Shown: positions 43,545 to 59,238, numbered from the stretch's first letter. The stretch: 64,000 nt of DNA from Eledone cirrhosa (GCA_964016885.1 OZ024744.1:48546001-48610000), one strand, 5' to 3'. Notes: generated by a model from the sequence alone, not told the origin. Translations and numbers: made by a program.

Positions 43545-44392
43545 TCGAAATATAACAAAGGAATATAATAGACAAAATCCATGGGTGCTGAAAATCAGAG
43601 ACATGAGGGCGACTGAACATTTAACAGCTTCTACCTTGGTCGGCCGCCCTCAAGTGGTGATTATTAAGCCTACTTATGTCCATCTGTTGAAGGGGCTTAG
43701 GCTTATAGTGTACTACTACCACCCCGTCAAAGACAGAGTCCAGCGTTGAGGTCAGGTCACATTGAAGCTGGTCATGCGTGCTAGAAAGTGCCGCGAAAAA
43801 TATCAAAGAACATATATCTTTAGCAAATCTATATATAGTAATATATAGTGGGCGTCTGCATAGTATAATGTATGGACAGAAATTATGATTAACAATTAGA
43901 AACATTAAATTTATGTTTTGAGTTAGAAGATGCCATTTAAGATAAAATTAGAAAAATAAGGTTTAGGTTTGCAGTTGTGAGATTTAGTTAAAGAATATAC
44001 AGAAGGAGGCTTTTATGAAAAAGTTTAAGTGTATTATAGATAGTCACGATCAAGTTTCAGGGTAGAATATAAAGTAAAGATTAAGCCCATGCTTAACGGT
44101 CAATAACCAACGACGTTGCTGACCACCGGCCAGCCCGGGGCCCGACGGCGTGTCAACCGTTCCGAGTATTATCGTCCAGCGAAAGAAATGTAAATTTATT
44201 TTTCCGAGCACTCCAGGAATGTTAACTGTATATATATATATATATACATTTATGTTTGTTAGTTCACCACTGGATAGAACTGGTCATTCCGTATAGTCAA
44301 CTCTGATGTAATACTAGAAAAAGCACTCGACGTAATGCAACTCATCCATCTTCGTTTATGTTGAATCTTGTTGGTGGTGCGAGAATGGAGTT

Positions 44393-44778
44393 AATTACTG
44401 AGTAAAATAACAGGAATGTTGGACTGGTAAAATTCCATAAAGATTTATTATAAACACTATGCACATTTCTATGACTGGGTTCTGTAGGAACCCGGTGACA
44501 TCATCAGGCGTTAGGAAATTTATCTAATAAAGGAATATAATAATGGTAGACACAATCCAAGGGGCTGAAAAGTAGAGAGACATGTTTAAGACCTGAAGGC
44601 GACCAGAACCAATAGTTGCCAGTCTGGATGACCGCATTCCTTTATTAGATATATTTCGTAACACACGATGATGTCACCGGGTTCCTACAGAACCCGGTCA
44701 TTGAAATGTGCATAGTGTTTATAATAAATATTTAAGGAATTTCAGCAGTCCAGTATCCTGTTATTTTACTCAATAATA
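44393..44778. mobile_element. Inverted pLTR-like pair carrying two HHR motifs
   Basis: Minus 44453-44512: AACGC-CTGATGA-TGTCACCGGGTTC...GAACCCAGTCATA-GAAA-TGTGCATA^GTGTT (intact). The plus copy at ~44660-44719 has core ACGATGA. Confidence 0.8.
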
Positions 44779-44918
44779 TATATATATATACCCCCCCCCC
44801 CACACACACACACACTCTCAAGAGCGTGAAACTAATAAACCTTTGTTTGTACTGCCTCTCTGTTTTGTTCCCGTTCCATTTTTCACTATATACATATATA
44901 TATATTATAGAGTAAAAT

Positions 44919-44979
<61 letters not shown>

Positions 44980-44982
<3 letters not shown>

Positions 44983-45297
44983 TTGGAAAACGAAAAATCA
45001 GTGATACATCGGAACTCAATTTATTGTGTTACAATTGTTTCTCCGGCGAACAGCTCGAGGTGCGATCTGTGTGTGCGGATCGACCTGACTCTGGACTCGC
45101 AGGTTCCTCGGACACGTCTATTGACTTCGGAGCATATCTTCTTTCTCCGAAATCAATAGACGTGTCCGAGGAACCTGCTAGTCCAGAGTCAGGTAGATCC
45201 ACACACACAGATCGCACCTAGAGCTGTTCGCCGGGGAAACAATTGTAGCACAATAAATTGAGTTCAGAAGCATCACTGATTTTTCGTTTCCCAATCT
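44980..45297. repeat. ~318-bp fold-back; each arm has a long-stem-II HHR-like motif (core CCGAGGA)
   Basis: Arms ~150 bp, 12-nt loop; GTGT-CCGAGGA...GAAAC-AATT-GTA^(A/G)CAC. Confidence 0.85.
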
Positions 45298-46262
45298 ATC
45301 ATACTCTGCTCCGTAGGAGCATAGAGTGCTCAACCGGCATACCGCCTATGGAAGCATCTTAGCTACCATTACACACATATATATATATATATATAATTGT
45401 CATCATCATCATTTAATGTTTGTTTTACCTGCTAGCAAAAGTCAGTACTCAAGTGGAGGCACTGATCTCCCAAACAGGTCAAGGGTCTGCATCTCGCTTA
45501 CATATGGTTTCCCATGCTCTTCCTGAATCCATTTTACCATAACACCAACACTAGAGAGATTGTCATGTCTTCAACATAACTGAAGAGTCCCCCTCCCCAA
45601 CCCTTTGTTTGAAAAGCTTTCTATGGCTAGATGCCCTTCCTATCACTAACCACTTTACAGTGTGTATTGTGTTCATTTATCATGTAGATCACCAACACTA
45701 TAGAGGTTATCATGCCCCTTGATACATCTCAAGGGACCTCACAATGGTTTGTTTGTCAAGCTTTGTATATAGACCAACAGCATCATTTTACGCCTGTATT
45801 CAATGTTGGCATGGGTTACGGAAGTTGTTACAATCTGAGGCCAGACAGGGTGGAAACCATGTCTGGCTCGTATGTTCTATATTTGACATGACACCCTATC
45901 AACTACTATACAGAGTGTACTGGGTGCATTGCATCTTGGCACCACTACATATGTGCACCAGTGCATTGCTATTGTGATCTCTCTCTCTCTCTCTCTCTCT
46001 TTAAAAAAATATATATATATCAGTTTCTATCTATCTCTGTGCTGTACCAAACACCACCACCAAAACTCCACCACCACCACCACCACCACCACCACCACCA
46101 CAACCACCATCTTTCTTCTTTTCTAGGGAGGTGGGATTAACTTTAAAAAGCCGCCTGCTGGATGCTCCACAGATGCTCGCTCCATCCATGCTGGATGAAC
46201 ATGCTGGTTGACTGCCATCATGGTCTTCTTCCTGCCACGCCCTTCACACACACACACACATG

Positions 46263-46296
<34 letters not shown>

Positions 46297-46350
46297 TATA
46301 CATATATGTATGTATATATATATATATACACGCAAATATACATATATGTA

Positions 46351-46412
<62 letters not shown>

Positions 46413-48249
46413 TGTATGTATGTATGTATATATATATATATATATATGCATCCTCTTCCTGCACATACCCTATACGCGCCCCACCCTTTATGCCTTGCTA
46501 AATCTCATCCACCATAATTATCGGATCACCTTACGAGAAAAAATTGCATTATTTTTTAGGTAAAAACCTGGTATAATTTAATTTTATTTGATTAAATTGG
46601 GGGTTTTTAGTAATCGTTAAGATAATTATTATTATAGCTACTTATTCTAATTAGTATATGGTTGTTTGTTCATTGGATAATGTAGTCCTAAGTACACTGT
46701 GCTTAAATAACAGATGGGATGGTCACAGCTGGAACATCTTTGATAATATGTTTGTCACAGCTGGAAGGAACAACTTTGATCATAGGTTTGCTGGATAAGG
46801 ACTGACCTTGGGCTAAACAACAACTATAGCCAACAATATAACTACTATACTGTATATTAGGTAATGTATTCCTAGATACACTATGTCTGATAACCTATAC
46901 TACAAACTACTATATTATAAATCATATAATCTAGTCTTAGATAGAATATATCTGTATGTATGCATGTATTTTTTAATGAATGTGTATACTTACACACACA
47001 CGCATATAAATCATATATATATATACATATATAAACACACACATATATATATATATATAAAGATAAATATAAAATATATACATGACTGTTGGATCAGGAA
47101 TGAGATTACATATTTAGATAATATTGTATTCCTAGATACAAAAGACAAGAGGGGAGATGGTCACAGCTGGAACATCTTTGATCATCACTAATATTCAATC
47201 TCCCCACAACCACCATAATGAAAACCTACCACCACCACCATTGCCAACACACCACCACTGCTGCCGCCGTCACCACCAACATAACAACCACTGCCTCTAC
47301 ACCACCACATCCACTTCCAAAACCATGCTGTGATATTTTTTTAATTTCGTCACCTCTTCCCCATACCCTGCTTCCTGCACAGTACACTGCTCCACACCCA
47401 CCATGGCAATCATCCTCTCTCTCTCTCTCTTTACCCCTTCCTCTGTCATACTTCTGTTCACCACACCGCACCACACCACACCACACCACACATACACCAT
47501 GACAAGCTTCCATCACCATCCCATTCTCTCTTCCTCTATCCCAGTTTCTTCTTCCACAAGAGATTGTCTTTTTAATTACTATGGGGGAAAGACAGATTCA
47601 TTCATTTCAGGAGATTGAATTCCTTCCTTCTCCCCTTTCTCCCCACAACCAACTAGTCAGCCATACCCACCCATATACGACCATCACTGCCTGCCAAGCT
47701 AGACAATAGCCTGTGTGATTTTCCTCTGATTTTTGTGTTAGCTCTTGTTATTTTTCAGCACATAAGTTTGTTTGAAGTTGACACATAAGGTGAATCATTC
47801 TCTGATATTACTCAGGTATTAAGACGCTGTCCTAGTCATTATAAGAAGTGAAGCAGTTTTAGTTATCTGAATTGTTTTGTCACTGTTCACTTTTTCTGTC
47901 TCCGAGGGTACTTTAGCCCACATATTTAACTATTATTTATAGTTATTTACATTGCAGAGGTTTCCCTAAAAAGCTAGCATATTTTCAAATTTCAAATTTC
48001 CCCAATGCTTTGAAAATTAATCGAATATTGTTTAGACTTCTAGCTGAACACTTAAAGCTTCTGAAATTATGGCAATAAGTGGCCAGTTGCACCTTGGTGT
48101 AATGCTTAAAGTAGTAATCTGGAATAGAGCAGATGTGTTGTTCACTTCCTGCAATCATTTCCGTGCAATTTTTTTTATTGCCAGCAGGGGTACTTTACCC
48201 AAAGTACGCACATATTATTCATAGTTAATGTATTAACAGATATTGGTCA

Positions 48250-48358
48250 ACCGGAAGCTATAATAGAAGGCACTTGCCTAAAGTGTTGCACTGTGAAACT
48301 GAACTCAGTTCCACGTTGTTGTCAAGTAAATTCCATAATGACACATTCATACCCGCAC
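48250..48358 (-). mobile_element. Decayed tRNA-derived SINE head
   Basis: Reverse complement contains GAGTTCAGTTTCACAGTGCAACACTTTAGGCAAGTGCCTTCTATTATAGC. Confidence 0.5.
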
Positions 48359-48581
48359 ATCAATATATATATAAATAAATAAATAAATAAATACACACCC
48401 ACACGCACACACACAATCATACATATATTTAAGGGAAGAAGAATATTTTATTTTTTCAATTCCATTTTATTGCTCCGTCGAATACCATTTAGAGAACTCC
48501 GACGCGGAGTGCTTAAGTTGATCACACCATATGTTGACCTAAAATATCAGCAACAAATTACTATATGGATATATGTGTGTA

Positions 48582-48658
48582 CAGGATGTCTAAAAAAATG
48601 TATACATATTTTGATTAGAATGCTGTTAAAGAGTGTATACATTTTGGGGGACAACCTG
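48582..48658. mobile_element. 77-bp mariner-type MITE
   Basis: TA|CAGGATGTCTAAAAAAATGTATACA ... TGTATACATTTTGGGGGACAACCTG|TA. Confidence 0.75.
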
Positions 48659-48671
48659 TATATACGCAAAG

Positions 48672-48782
48672 CAGGCGGCGCATTGGCAGAGTTGTTAGAA
48701 CGTCGGGATTGAGTTCAAATTCCACCGATGTCAACTTTGCCTTTCATCCATTCAATGTCGATAAAAAAAAGTACCAGTACCA
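48672..48782 (+). mobile_element. SINE family A
   Basis: GGCGGCGCATTGGCAGAG...GAGTTCAAATTCCACCGATGTCAACTTTGCCTTTCATCC. Confidence 0.7.
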
Positions 48783-49045
48783 AAAAAGGGCCCAATTTTC
48801 CTCTATATCTCTTACTCATAATCTTTCACTCCCTCTATCTTTCTCTGGAAGAAATCTGCTGTACTCAGACCTGGAAAGGATATGGGCTCCACCAGGTTTT
48901 AAAATGCTCTAAAACTCTCTCGGGAGTTTCGGGATCTTGGAAGCCTATATGTAAAAAGTCAACTAGTAAATAACAGAGGAGAACGATAGAGTACAATGAT
49001 GATATACATTAGTTTAACACTTTAAGGCTTGATATTGTAGGGAAA

Positions 49046-49081
49046 TCTTAACGTTTCGGACGTTAATCCTTTATCAGAAGA
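49046..49081 (-). ncRNA. Minimal HHR, CTGATGA mutated to CTGATAA
   Basis: TCTT-CTGATAA-AGGAT(TAAC)GTCC-GAAACGTT^AAGA. Confidence 0.55.
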
Positions 49082-49228
49082 TAGAATAAGAAACAGAAAG
49101 ATTTGACGAGGCTAAGAAGAAAAGAAAAAAACGAAAAAAAAACGGGGAAAATAATATTTAGGGAGGAAAACACGTGTGTTTAGCCATCCATATATACATG
49201 TATAGAAACGTAGATACACATACACACT

Positions 49229-49317
<89 letters not shown>

Positions 49318-50453
49318 TCGCATGTGTGTGATTAAGCATGTTTGAAATTGAATCTTGAAACCTTATGTAGCGCTTTGTCCGTGTGTAAACATAAATAAAT
49401 AATATAACACATATATGTGTGTGTGTCTGTCTGTCTGTCTGTCTGTGTCTGTGCGTGTATGTGTGAGTGTCTGCGTGTATGTGTGTGCGTCTACACATAG
49501 GGTCATACATATATAAATATATATAAACACACATTTACACACATACACACATGCCCTGCAGACCTTTTTTAAGTTCACTAAAAATTTGATTTTCACCCAT
49601 TATCTTAATTAATTAGACTTTTGTTTGCTAAATATCACAGCTAGGGCTTTCAATTGAAGCAATTAATATATTTAATTAATGAATTAAATTAGTATAAAGG
49701 GTGCATACAGCATTTAATAGAGGCTGATATAATTTCAAAGATTATATATACGTGTGTGTGTAAGTGTGTGAGTGTGCGATGCATGAGTGTATACATGTGT
49801 GTGTGTGTGTGTGTTTGCGTGTGCATGTGTGTGTGTGTATGTGTGTGCGATGCATGAGTGTATACAAGTATGTATATATATATATATATATAAGCGAAAT
49901 CCTATTTCTTTTCATATATATATGTCTGTGTCTGTGTGTGTGTGTGTGTGTGTATGCGTGTGTATATATATTTGTGTGTTTGTATGTATATATGCATTTC
50001 AAAGGTCCAATAATTCAGAGACTGGTTAATCCGTGGGTAATCCGTTGGTGAAGTTCCAAGATTCCGGGCCGATATCCAGGTTCGAATGGCAGGTAGATGT
50101 ATATATGTGTATATGTGTATGTGTGTATATATATATATATATAAACGTATACGGTTTTTTCCGAACATAAAACTTCTCGGTTCACGATTGGTGTCTTGAG
50201 TAACGAACACGCAAGCCGGCAACAACAGTTAGCAACAAGCTTGGAGTATCAGCGGGAAAGTATCACTTGTTGTATAGTTAGTTACTATGGTGATATCTAT
50301 ATATCTTTCACACACAGTCTTTCTCCCTCTCTCACTGTATTTCTTAATATTTCAATGGCGAAATAGTTTCGGTTTACGAACTTTTCGGGTGTCGAGCGTT
50401 TCAGGATCGAATTAAGTTCGTAAACTGAGGTTCCATGTGTGTGTGTGTGTGTG

Positions 50454-50487
<34 letters not shown>

Positions 50488-50655
50488 GGTAAAATTCCGT
50501 TATAACGAATACCATTACAAGGAATTTTTCAGTATAACAAATTTTTTTTCAATCCCCACGCTCGATGTGTTATGTCGATCTCGTTATAAAAAAATGTTTC
50601 ATTACAACGAATTCTTTTTATACCTCGTGAATTACGTTATAACAGAATATCATTA
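50488..50655. mobile_element. Tigger-like MITE
   Basis: GTAAAATTCCGTTATAACGAA ... TACGTTATAACAGAATATCATTA. Confidence 0.55.
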
Positions 50656-50867
50656 TATATATATATATATATACGTATATATGTGTATGTGTGTATGTTT
50701 GTGTGTGTCTATGTGTGATTTCTTACGAATTAAACAATCCTGTAGAAGTAATTTCTATAATAAAGTTGCCTATACTCAACTAACGTATTGAGTACCTTTT
50801 TCAACTATGATCACCACCCCCGATATACATCGGAAATCTACATATAATATATTTATATATATATAAA

Positions 50868-51032
50868 ATAATTGTTTCTACTTTAGGCACAAGGCCAGCA
50901 ATTAACCAGTACATTACTGGTACTTTATTTTATCGACCCCGTAAGGATGAAAGGCAAAGTTAACCTCGGCGGGATTTGAACTCAGACCGGAAAGGGGCGT
51001 AACTCTATGCTGCAAAGCATGGCGTCCGACCC
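50868..51032 (-). mobile_element. SINE family A
   Basis: Near-identical to 2385-2550. Confidence 0.8.
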
Positions 51033-51550
51033 TGATGTTACCTACACACTACATAAACCGTGATGGATTCTAACCAGCCTTATCAAATACTGTCATATTG
51101 AATCTTCCTGAGAATTACATAAGGGTATATATATATGTTGCCCTCTCGTCACAATCTTTCTACAACTAAATTAAACACAAATTATTTTGCACTAATACAT
51201 ATATATACTCTAACACATAAAACAAACACACACAGGAAAATACCTATAGAAACACACTCACACCAAACATCACCTACACCACATACACATACAAAATCAA
51301 AAGCGCACGCACACACTTACTACTTTATCTCTGATTTTCTCACCTGAAAGAAAAACCCACAAGCCTTTATACGCCATCCATCACATACTCACTCTCTCTC
51401 TCTCTATCTCTCTATCTCGCTCTCTGTCTCTATCCATTTATCTATATCTCTCGCTCTCACACACACATACATACACTCATACACACATACACACGCACAT
51501 GAGCATATATACTCAGAAACATATGCACATATATATGTATATACATATAG

Positions 51551-51613
<63 letters not shown>

Positions 51614-51675
51614 CACACATATATGATACATACACACACGCACACACGCACACACATATAGACTCAGACAAATAC

Positions 51676-51711
<36 letters not shown>

Positions 51712-52159
51712 ATATACATATAGCCACACACATACACACACATACTTACACATATTATACATACACACACCACAGGTACCACAAAGCCAGACCACAGTCT
51801 ATCATTATGTTTGTAACCATCAGTTATTCAGATATATAACCCTCCACGTCCCCCCCCCCGCCCACACACACATGCACTCATACATATATATAACCCCTTC
51901 ATACACACATATACACTCATGTACATAAACCCCCACCGACACTCACACACACAGACTAATATATAGAGGTCCCCCCCCCTCACATATCAGCTCCCTCCAC
52001 CCGTCACAAACACACACCACACCTGACCACAACCTATTATGCTTTTAGTGATCGCATATTATTTCCTCCAATATTCACAACTATTATGTGTGTATGTGTG
52101 TATGTGTGCGTGTATTTCTTTTTATGTACACACACACACTCACATACATACATACACAC

Positions 52160-52760
52160 ACACACATACGTATGTACATACATACATAGATACGTATATA
52201 CATACATACGTTTATACATACATACATATATATACGTACACGCATACGTATATACATACATACGTATATACATACATACGTATATACATACATACGTATA
52301 TACATACATACATATGTACATGCATACGTATATACATACATACGTATATACATGCATACGTATATACATACATACGTATATACATACATACGTATATACA
52401 TACATACGTATATACATACATACGTATATATACATACGTATGTACATACATACGTATATACATACATACGTATATACATACATACGTATATACATACATA
52501 CATATGTACATGCATACGTATATACATACATACGTATATATACATACGTATATATACATACGTATATACATACATACGTATATACATACATACGTATATA
52601 CATACATACGTATATACATACATACGTATATACATACATACATATGTACATGCATACGTATATACATACATATGTACATGCATATGTATATACATACATA
52701 CGTATATATACATACATATGAACATGCATACGTATATACATACGTACATACATACATAGA
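52160..52760. repeat. 16-bp minisatellite CATACATACGTATATA
   Basis: Read directly; recurring CATATGTACATG variant units. Confidence 0.9.
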
Positions 52761-53325
52761 TACACACAAACAAACAAACATACATACATATACACAGCAC
52801 ACCACGCACATACCACAGACACCAAACCACAACCTATTATGTTTATAACGATCACATATGATCACATATCCTCTGATATTCACAAAACAAAAATTATTTT
52901 ATATCGATCATGTATTTTCGTGTCGTTACATAGCGATAAAAATTTTCTCCGGTGCCCCATAACGCATTGTTTCGCCTCTCTTTGATGTGTGGGAGTGTAG
53001 CATTATAGTGTGTGGTGGGGAATGAGGCAGGGGCTATAAGAAGTATTTTTAGGGTTTATTATCACAAGGAAGGGGTACGAAGGGTTTATCAGGAGTTCAT
53101 TATCGCGAAGAGGGGGGTGGGGGTTATATTATTTAGAAGTTAATATCTCATGTTTTAAAAAAAGGGGTGGAGGGGCTGTCGCCGTTACATCTCATTTCCA
53201 CAATGTGTCTTTGTTCCAGTTGTTCGGTCAACTGTAAAAAAACCGACCTGGCCTATTCTCTACTCTTTACTTCCCTACTCGTGAAATTAGCGTGAAAGTG
53301 GCTGAGCATTCTTCCTCCGAGACAC

Positions 53326-53358
<33 letters not shown>

Positions 53359-53839
53359 CCATTTAATGTAGTTAATTTGTTCTCAGGGAGATTCGGCGTA
53401 ACACAATGTGTGAGAATGATGAACCTAGTCAGATAAATAAATACGTAAATAGACAGGTAAATAGATATATTGATAGATAGATAGGTAGATAGACGGCTGT
53501 TCCGTGTATGAACATTATAATATATAATATAATATAATATAAAATAATATACATATACATATACATATAATTTTGTCCGCTTTTCATGACACTATGGGTT
53601 GGACGGATTGTCACTGTCTGAGAAAACTCAGCTTACTCGAATATTTCATATTGGCATGGTTTCTACGGCTGGATACCCTTCCTAACATCAACCCCTCTTT
53701 ACAGAGGCTACATATATATATATATACATGTGTGTGTGTGTATGTCTGTATATATAGACTGACAGACCATATATATATATATTAGGATTGGTGCTTTTTA
53801 ATTAAACATACAGTATATTACCAAATATACTATACATAC

Positions 53840-55268
<1,429 letters not shown>

Positions 55269-56062
55269 CCAACCAACCACAAAAACACCATCACATCACA
55301 CTACACCGCCAAGACAACATAACATTGTAGTAGTGTGTGTGTGTGTATGTAGTGTGCAACTCTGCAAATGCCAGGAGGAGATGAATGGAAGTGGTAGATG
55401 AAGGGATGTGTAAGAGAGGTAGAAGATAGAGGCAAGATGATGGAGGGTGGCGGATGAATGTAGTTAGAGGGATGGATGGAGAGAGGATAGGGGTGGAAGC
55501 TGGATAAAGTTGGAAGATAGACGTAGAAAGAGTGGAAGAGAGAGGTTGATGGTGAGGGTGGAGATTCTGGATTGAGGTAGAGAGGCGGAGCATAAAGGCG
55601 GAGGAGGTCAAAAGATTTTCCTCGACCCTTCTTCATCTTCATTGCCGTTAATGGTGTTTTTAAGATGCACAACGCAAACGGAAGAAGAGGGGGAAAATCG
55701 ATTTGTACCGATGATGTTGAGATTAAAAAACTATGTAGCTGCCATGTTGAAGCAGATTGCTGGAATGGCCAGCGATCAAAGGAAAAAGTCGTTGTGTTAG
55801 AAAATGTTATGTTAGAAAAAAATGGACTTCTGGACATTTTTGGTGGGGAGGTTGATTTGGTGGTTGGTTTGAGGAGGGTTTTGGAGTATTTTGTTGTTGT
55901 TATTGTTGTTCCGCAGACATTTTTGGGAAGGTTGGTGGTTGTTTGTGGGTGTTTGGTGGAGGGAGTGTTTCTGTTTGTTTTGCAGTGGCATGTTGTTGGG
56001 TGTGTTGGTCTTGGTGTGTTTAGGCTGGCAGGGGGATGGGCATATGTTAGGATAGAAACAAT

Positions 56063-56186
56063 GAAGAAGAAGAAGAAGAAGAAGAAGAAGAAGAAGAAGA
56101 AGAAGAAGAAGAAGAAGAAGAAGAAGAAGAAGAAGAAGAAGAAGAAGAAGAAGAAGAAGAAGAAGAAGAAGAAGAAGAAGAAGAAG
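56063..56186. repeat. (GAA)n microsatellite
   Basis: About 40 perfect units. Confidence 0.95.
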
Positions 56187-56447
56187 GGAGAGGAGAAAGA
56201 GAAGGAGAAGAAGAAAGAAGCAAGAAGAAGAAAAAGAAAAAAGAAGCAAGCAAGAAGAAAACCACAAAATGGCATATGAGATTGTAATGGCTGTGGTGAA
56301 TAATAATAACAATGATAATAACAATAATGATATTGTAGTGTTGGTGGTTTTGTTGATGTTGCTAGTAGTAGTGTTGTTATTGTTATTGGTGGTGGCTACT
56401 GTGGCAATGTACATAATAATAGTGGCAGTGTTGATAGTGTGTGGTAA

Positions 56448-57798
56448 TGATGGTGGTGGTGGTGTTGGTGGTGGTGGCAGTGTTGATCGTGTGTGGTAAT
56501 GGTGGTGGTGGTGGTGTATTGGTGGTGGTAGTGGTGGTGGTGGTGGAGATGGTGGTGGTGTATTGGTGGTGGTGTTGGTGGTGGTGGCAGTGTTGATCGT
56601 GTGTGGTAATGATGGTGGTGGTGGTGGTGTATTAGTGGTGGTGGTGGTGGTGGAGATGGTGGTGGTGTATTGGTGGTGGTCGTGGTGGTAGTGGTATTAT
56701 CTAGTGGTGGTATTACCTAGTGGTGGTGGTGGTGGTGGTGGTGGTATTACCTAGTGGTGGTGGTGGTGGTAGTGGTATTACCTAGTGGTGGTGGTGGTGG
56801 TGGTATTACCTAGTGGTGGTGGTGGTGGCGGTATTACCTAGTGGTGGTGGTGGTGGTATTACCTAGTGGTGGTGGTGGTGGTGGTATTACCTAGTGGTGG
56901 TGGTGGTGGTGGTATTACCTGGTGGTGGTGGTGGTGGTGGTGGTGGTGGTATTACCTAGTGGTGGTGGTGGTGGTGGTATTATCTAGTGGTGGTGGTGGT
57001 ATTACCTAGTGGTGGTGGTGGTGGTATTACCTAGTGGTGGTGGTGGTGGTGGTATTATCTAGTGGTGGTGGTGGTATTACCTAGTGGTGGTGGTGGTGGT
57101 GGTATTACCTAGTGGTGGTGGTGGTGGCGGTATTACCTAGTGGTGGTGGTGGTATTACCTAGTGGTGGTGGTGGTGGTGGTATTACCTAGTGGTGGTGGT
57201 GGTGCTGGTATTACCTAGTGGTGGTGGTGGTGGTGGTGGTATTACCTGGTGGTGGTGGTGGTGGTGGTGGTATTACTTAGTGGTGGTGGTGGTGGTATTA
57301 CCTAGTGGTGGTGGTGGTGGTGGTATTACCTAGTGGTGGTGGTGGTATTAACTAGTGGCGGTGGTAGTGGCGGTGGTGGTATTACCTAGTGGTGGTGGTG
57401 GTGGTGGTATTATCTAGTGGTGGTGGTGGTATTACCTAGTGGTGGTGGTGGTGGTGGTGGTATTACCTAGTGGTGGTGGTGGTGGTATTACCAAGTGGTG
57501 GTGGTGGTGGTATTACCTAGTGGTGGTGGTGGTGGTGGTGGTATTACCTAGTGGTGGTGGTGGTGGTATTACCTAGTGGTGGTGGTGGTAGTAGTGGTAT
57601 TACCTAGTGGTGGTGGTGGTGGTATTACCAAGTGGTGGTGGTGGTGGTATTACCTAGTGGTGGTGGTGGTAGTAGTGGTATTACCTAGTGGTGGTGGTGG
57701 TGGTATTACCTAGTGGTGGTGGTGGTGGTATTACCTAGTGGTGGTGGTGGTAGTAGTGGTATTACCTAGTGGTGGTGGTGGTATTACCAAGTGGTGGT
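56448..57798. repeat. (GGT)n-ATTACCTAGT minisatellite
   Basis: Roughly 40 or more GGTATTACCTAGT cores separated by variable GGT runs from ~56690. Confidence 0.95.
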
Positions 57799-58474
57799 GT
57801 GAGTCTTGCTTATAATCACTTCCTCATTAAGTGGAGTGATGTGAAGTATGTATGATGGTGCTGTGTGTTTATGTATGTCTACGATGTATGTATGTATGTA
57901 TGTATGTATGTATGATGGTGCTGTGCGTGTGTCTGTGTGTTTAGCTGTCTGTGTAGTGGTAGTGGTGATAATATTTGTATGTGCGTAGTGGTGGTGGTGT
58001 GTGTGTGTGTATCTATGTGTGTGTGGTGTAGATGTGTGTATGTGTGCATATGTGTATAGTGGTGATGGTATGTTGGTGTGAGTGTGTGTGTGTTGTGGTG
58101 GTGGTAGTGTTGATGTGTATATATGTTTATAGTGAATAGTGGTATGTTGGTGCATATGGATGTGTGTTTATCTGTCTGTATGAATGCGTCTTGCTTCTGT
58201 TTCTCTATGTATGTGTATATGTGTCTAAATATATGTGTCTGGTGGTGTGGCGGGGTAATGCATGATAGAGGTGGGGGAGGCACTTTAGCCCCATTTCATC
58301 ATCAACAAAAGTTTTTATCAAAGGGAAAAGAGGGCGGAACCCTGGACAATAGGCCCCAGGAGGGGGAAGGATGCAAGCATAAAAGGATTGAGGAAAAACT
58401 GTCTTTAAAACACTTTTATTGTATTAAATGGCTTTGTGTTTATATGTATGTGTATGTGTGTGTGCGTTTATATA

Positions 58475-58514
<40 letters not shown>

Positions 58515-58537
58515 CATACATATATATATATACATAC

Positions 58538-58568
<31 letters not shown>

Positions 58569-58569
58569 C

Positions 58570-58602
<33 letters not shown>

Positions 58603-58721
58603 CATACATATATATATATACATACATATATATATATACATACATATATATACATATATATATAAACGTACATATATATATATACATACATATATATATA
58701 CATATATATATAAACGTACAT

Positions 58722-58768
<47 letters not shown>

Positions 58769-58850
58769 TATAAACGTACATACACATATATATATATATA
58801 TATATAAACGTACATACACATATATATATATATACATATATATATATACA

Positions 58851-58891
<41 letters not shown>

Positions 58892-59038
58892 ACATATACA
58901 TACATATATATATATACATATACATACATATATATATATACATACATATATATATATACATATATACATACATACATACATATACATATATACATACATA
59001 CATATACATATATACATACATATACATACATACATACA

Positions 59039-59072
<34 letters not shown>

Positions 59073-59090
59073 CATACATATATACATACA

Positions 59091-59126
<36 letters not shown>

Positions 59127-59150
59127 TACATATATACATACATATATACA

Positions 59151-59186
<36 letters not shown>

Positions 59187-59205
59187 TACATATATACATA
59201 CATAT

Positions 59206-59238
<33 letters not shown>

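Noticed and set aside
45024-45221. Mirror-image ORFs on both strands (also 35416/36259 and 63534/63542)
   Set aside because: A consequence of the DNA palindromes, not coding.
55665-56279. Poly-K/F/L/S ORFs
   Set aside because: Product of the (GAA)n repeat.
56690-57798. CRISPR-like repeat-spacer appearance
   Set aside because: Spacers are only (GGT)n, the repeat is 13 bp, there are no cas genes, and the context is eukaryotic.
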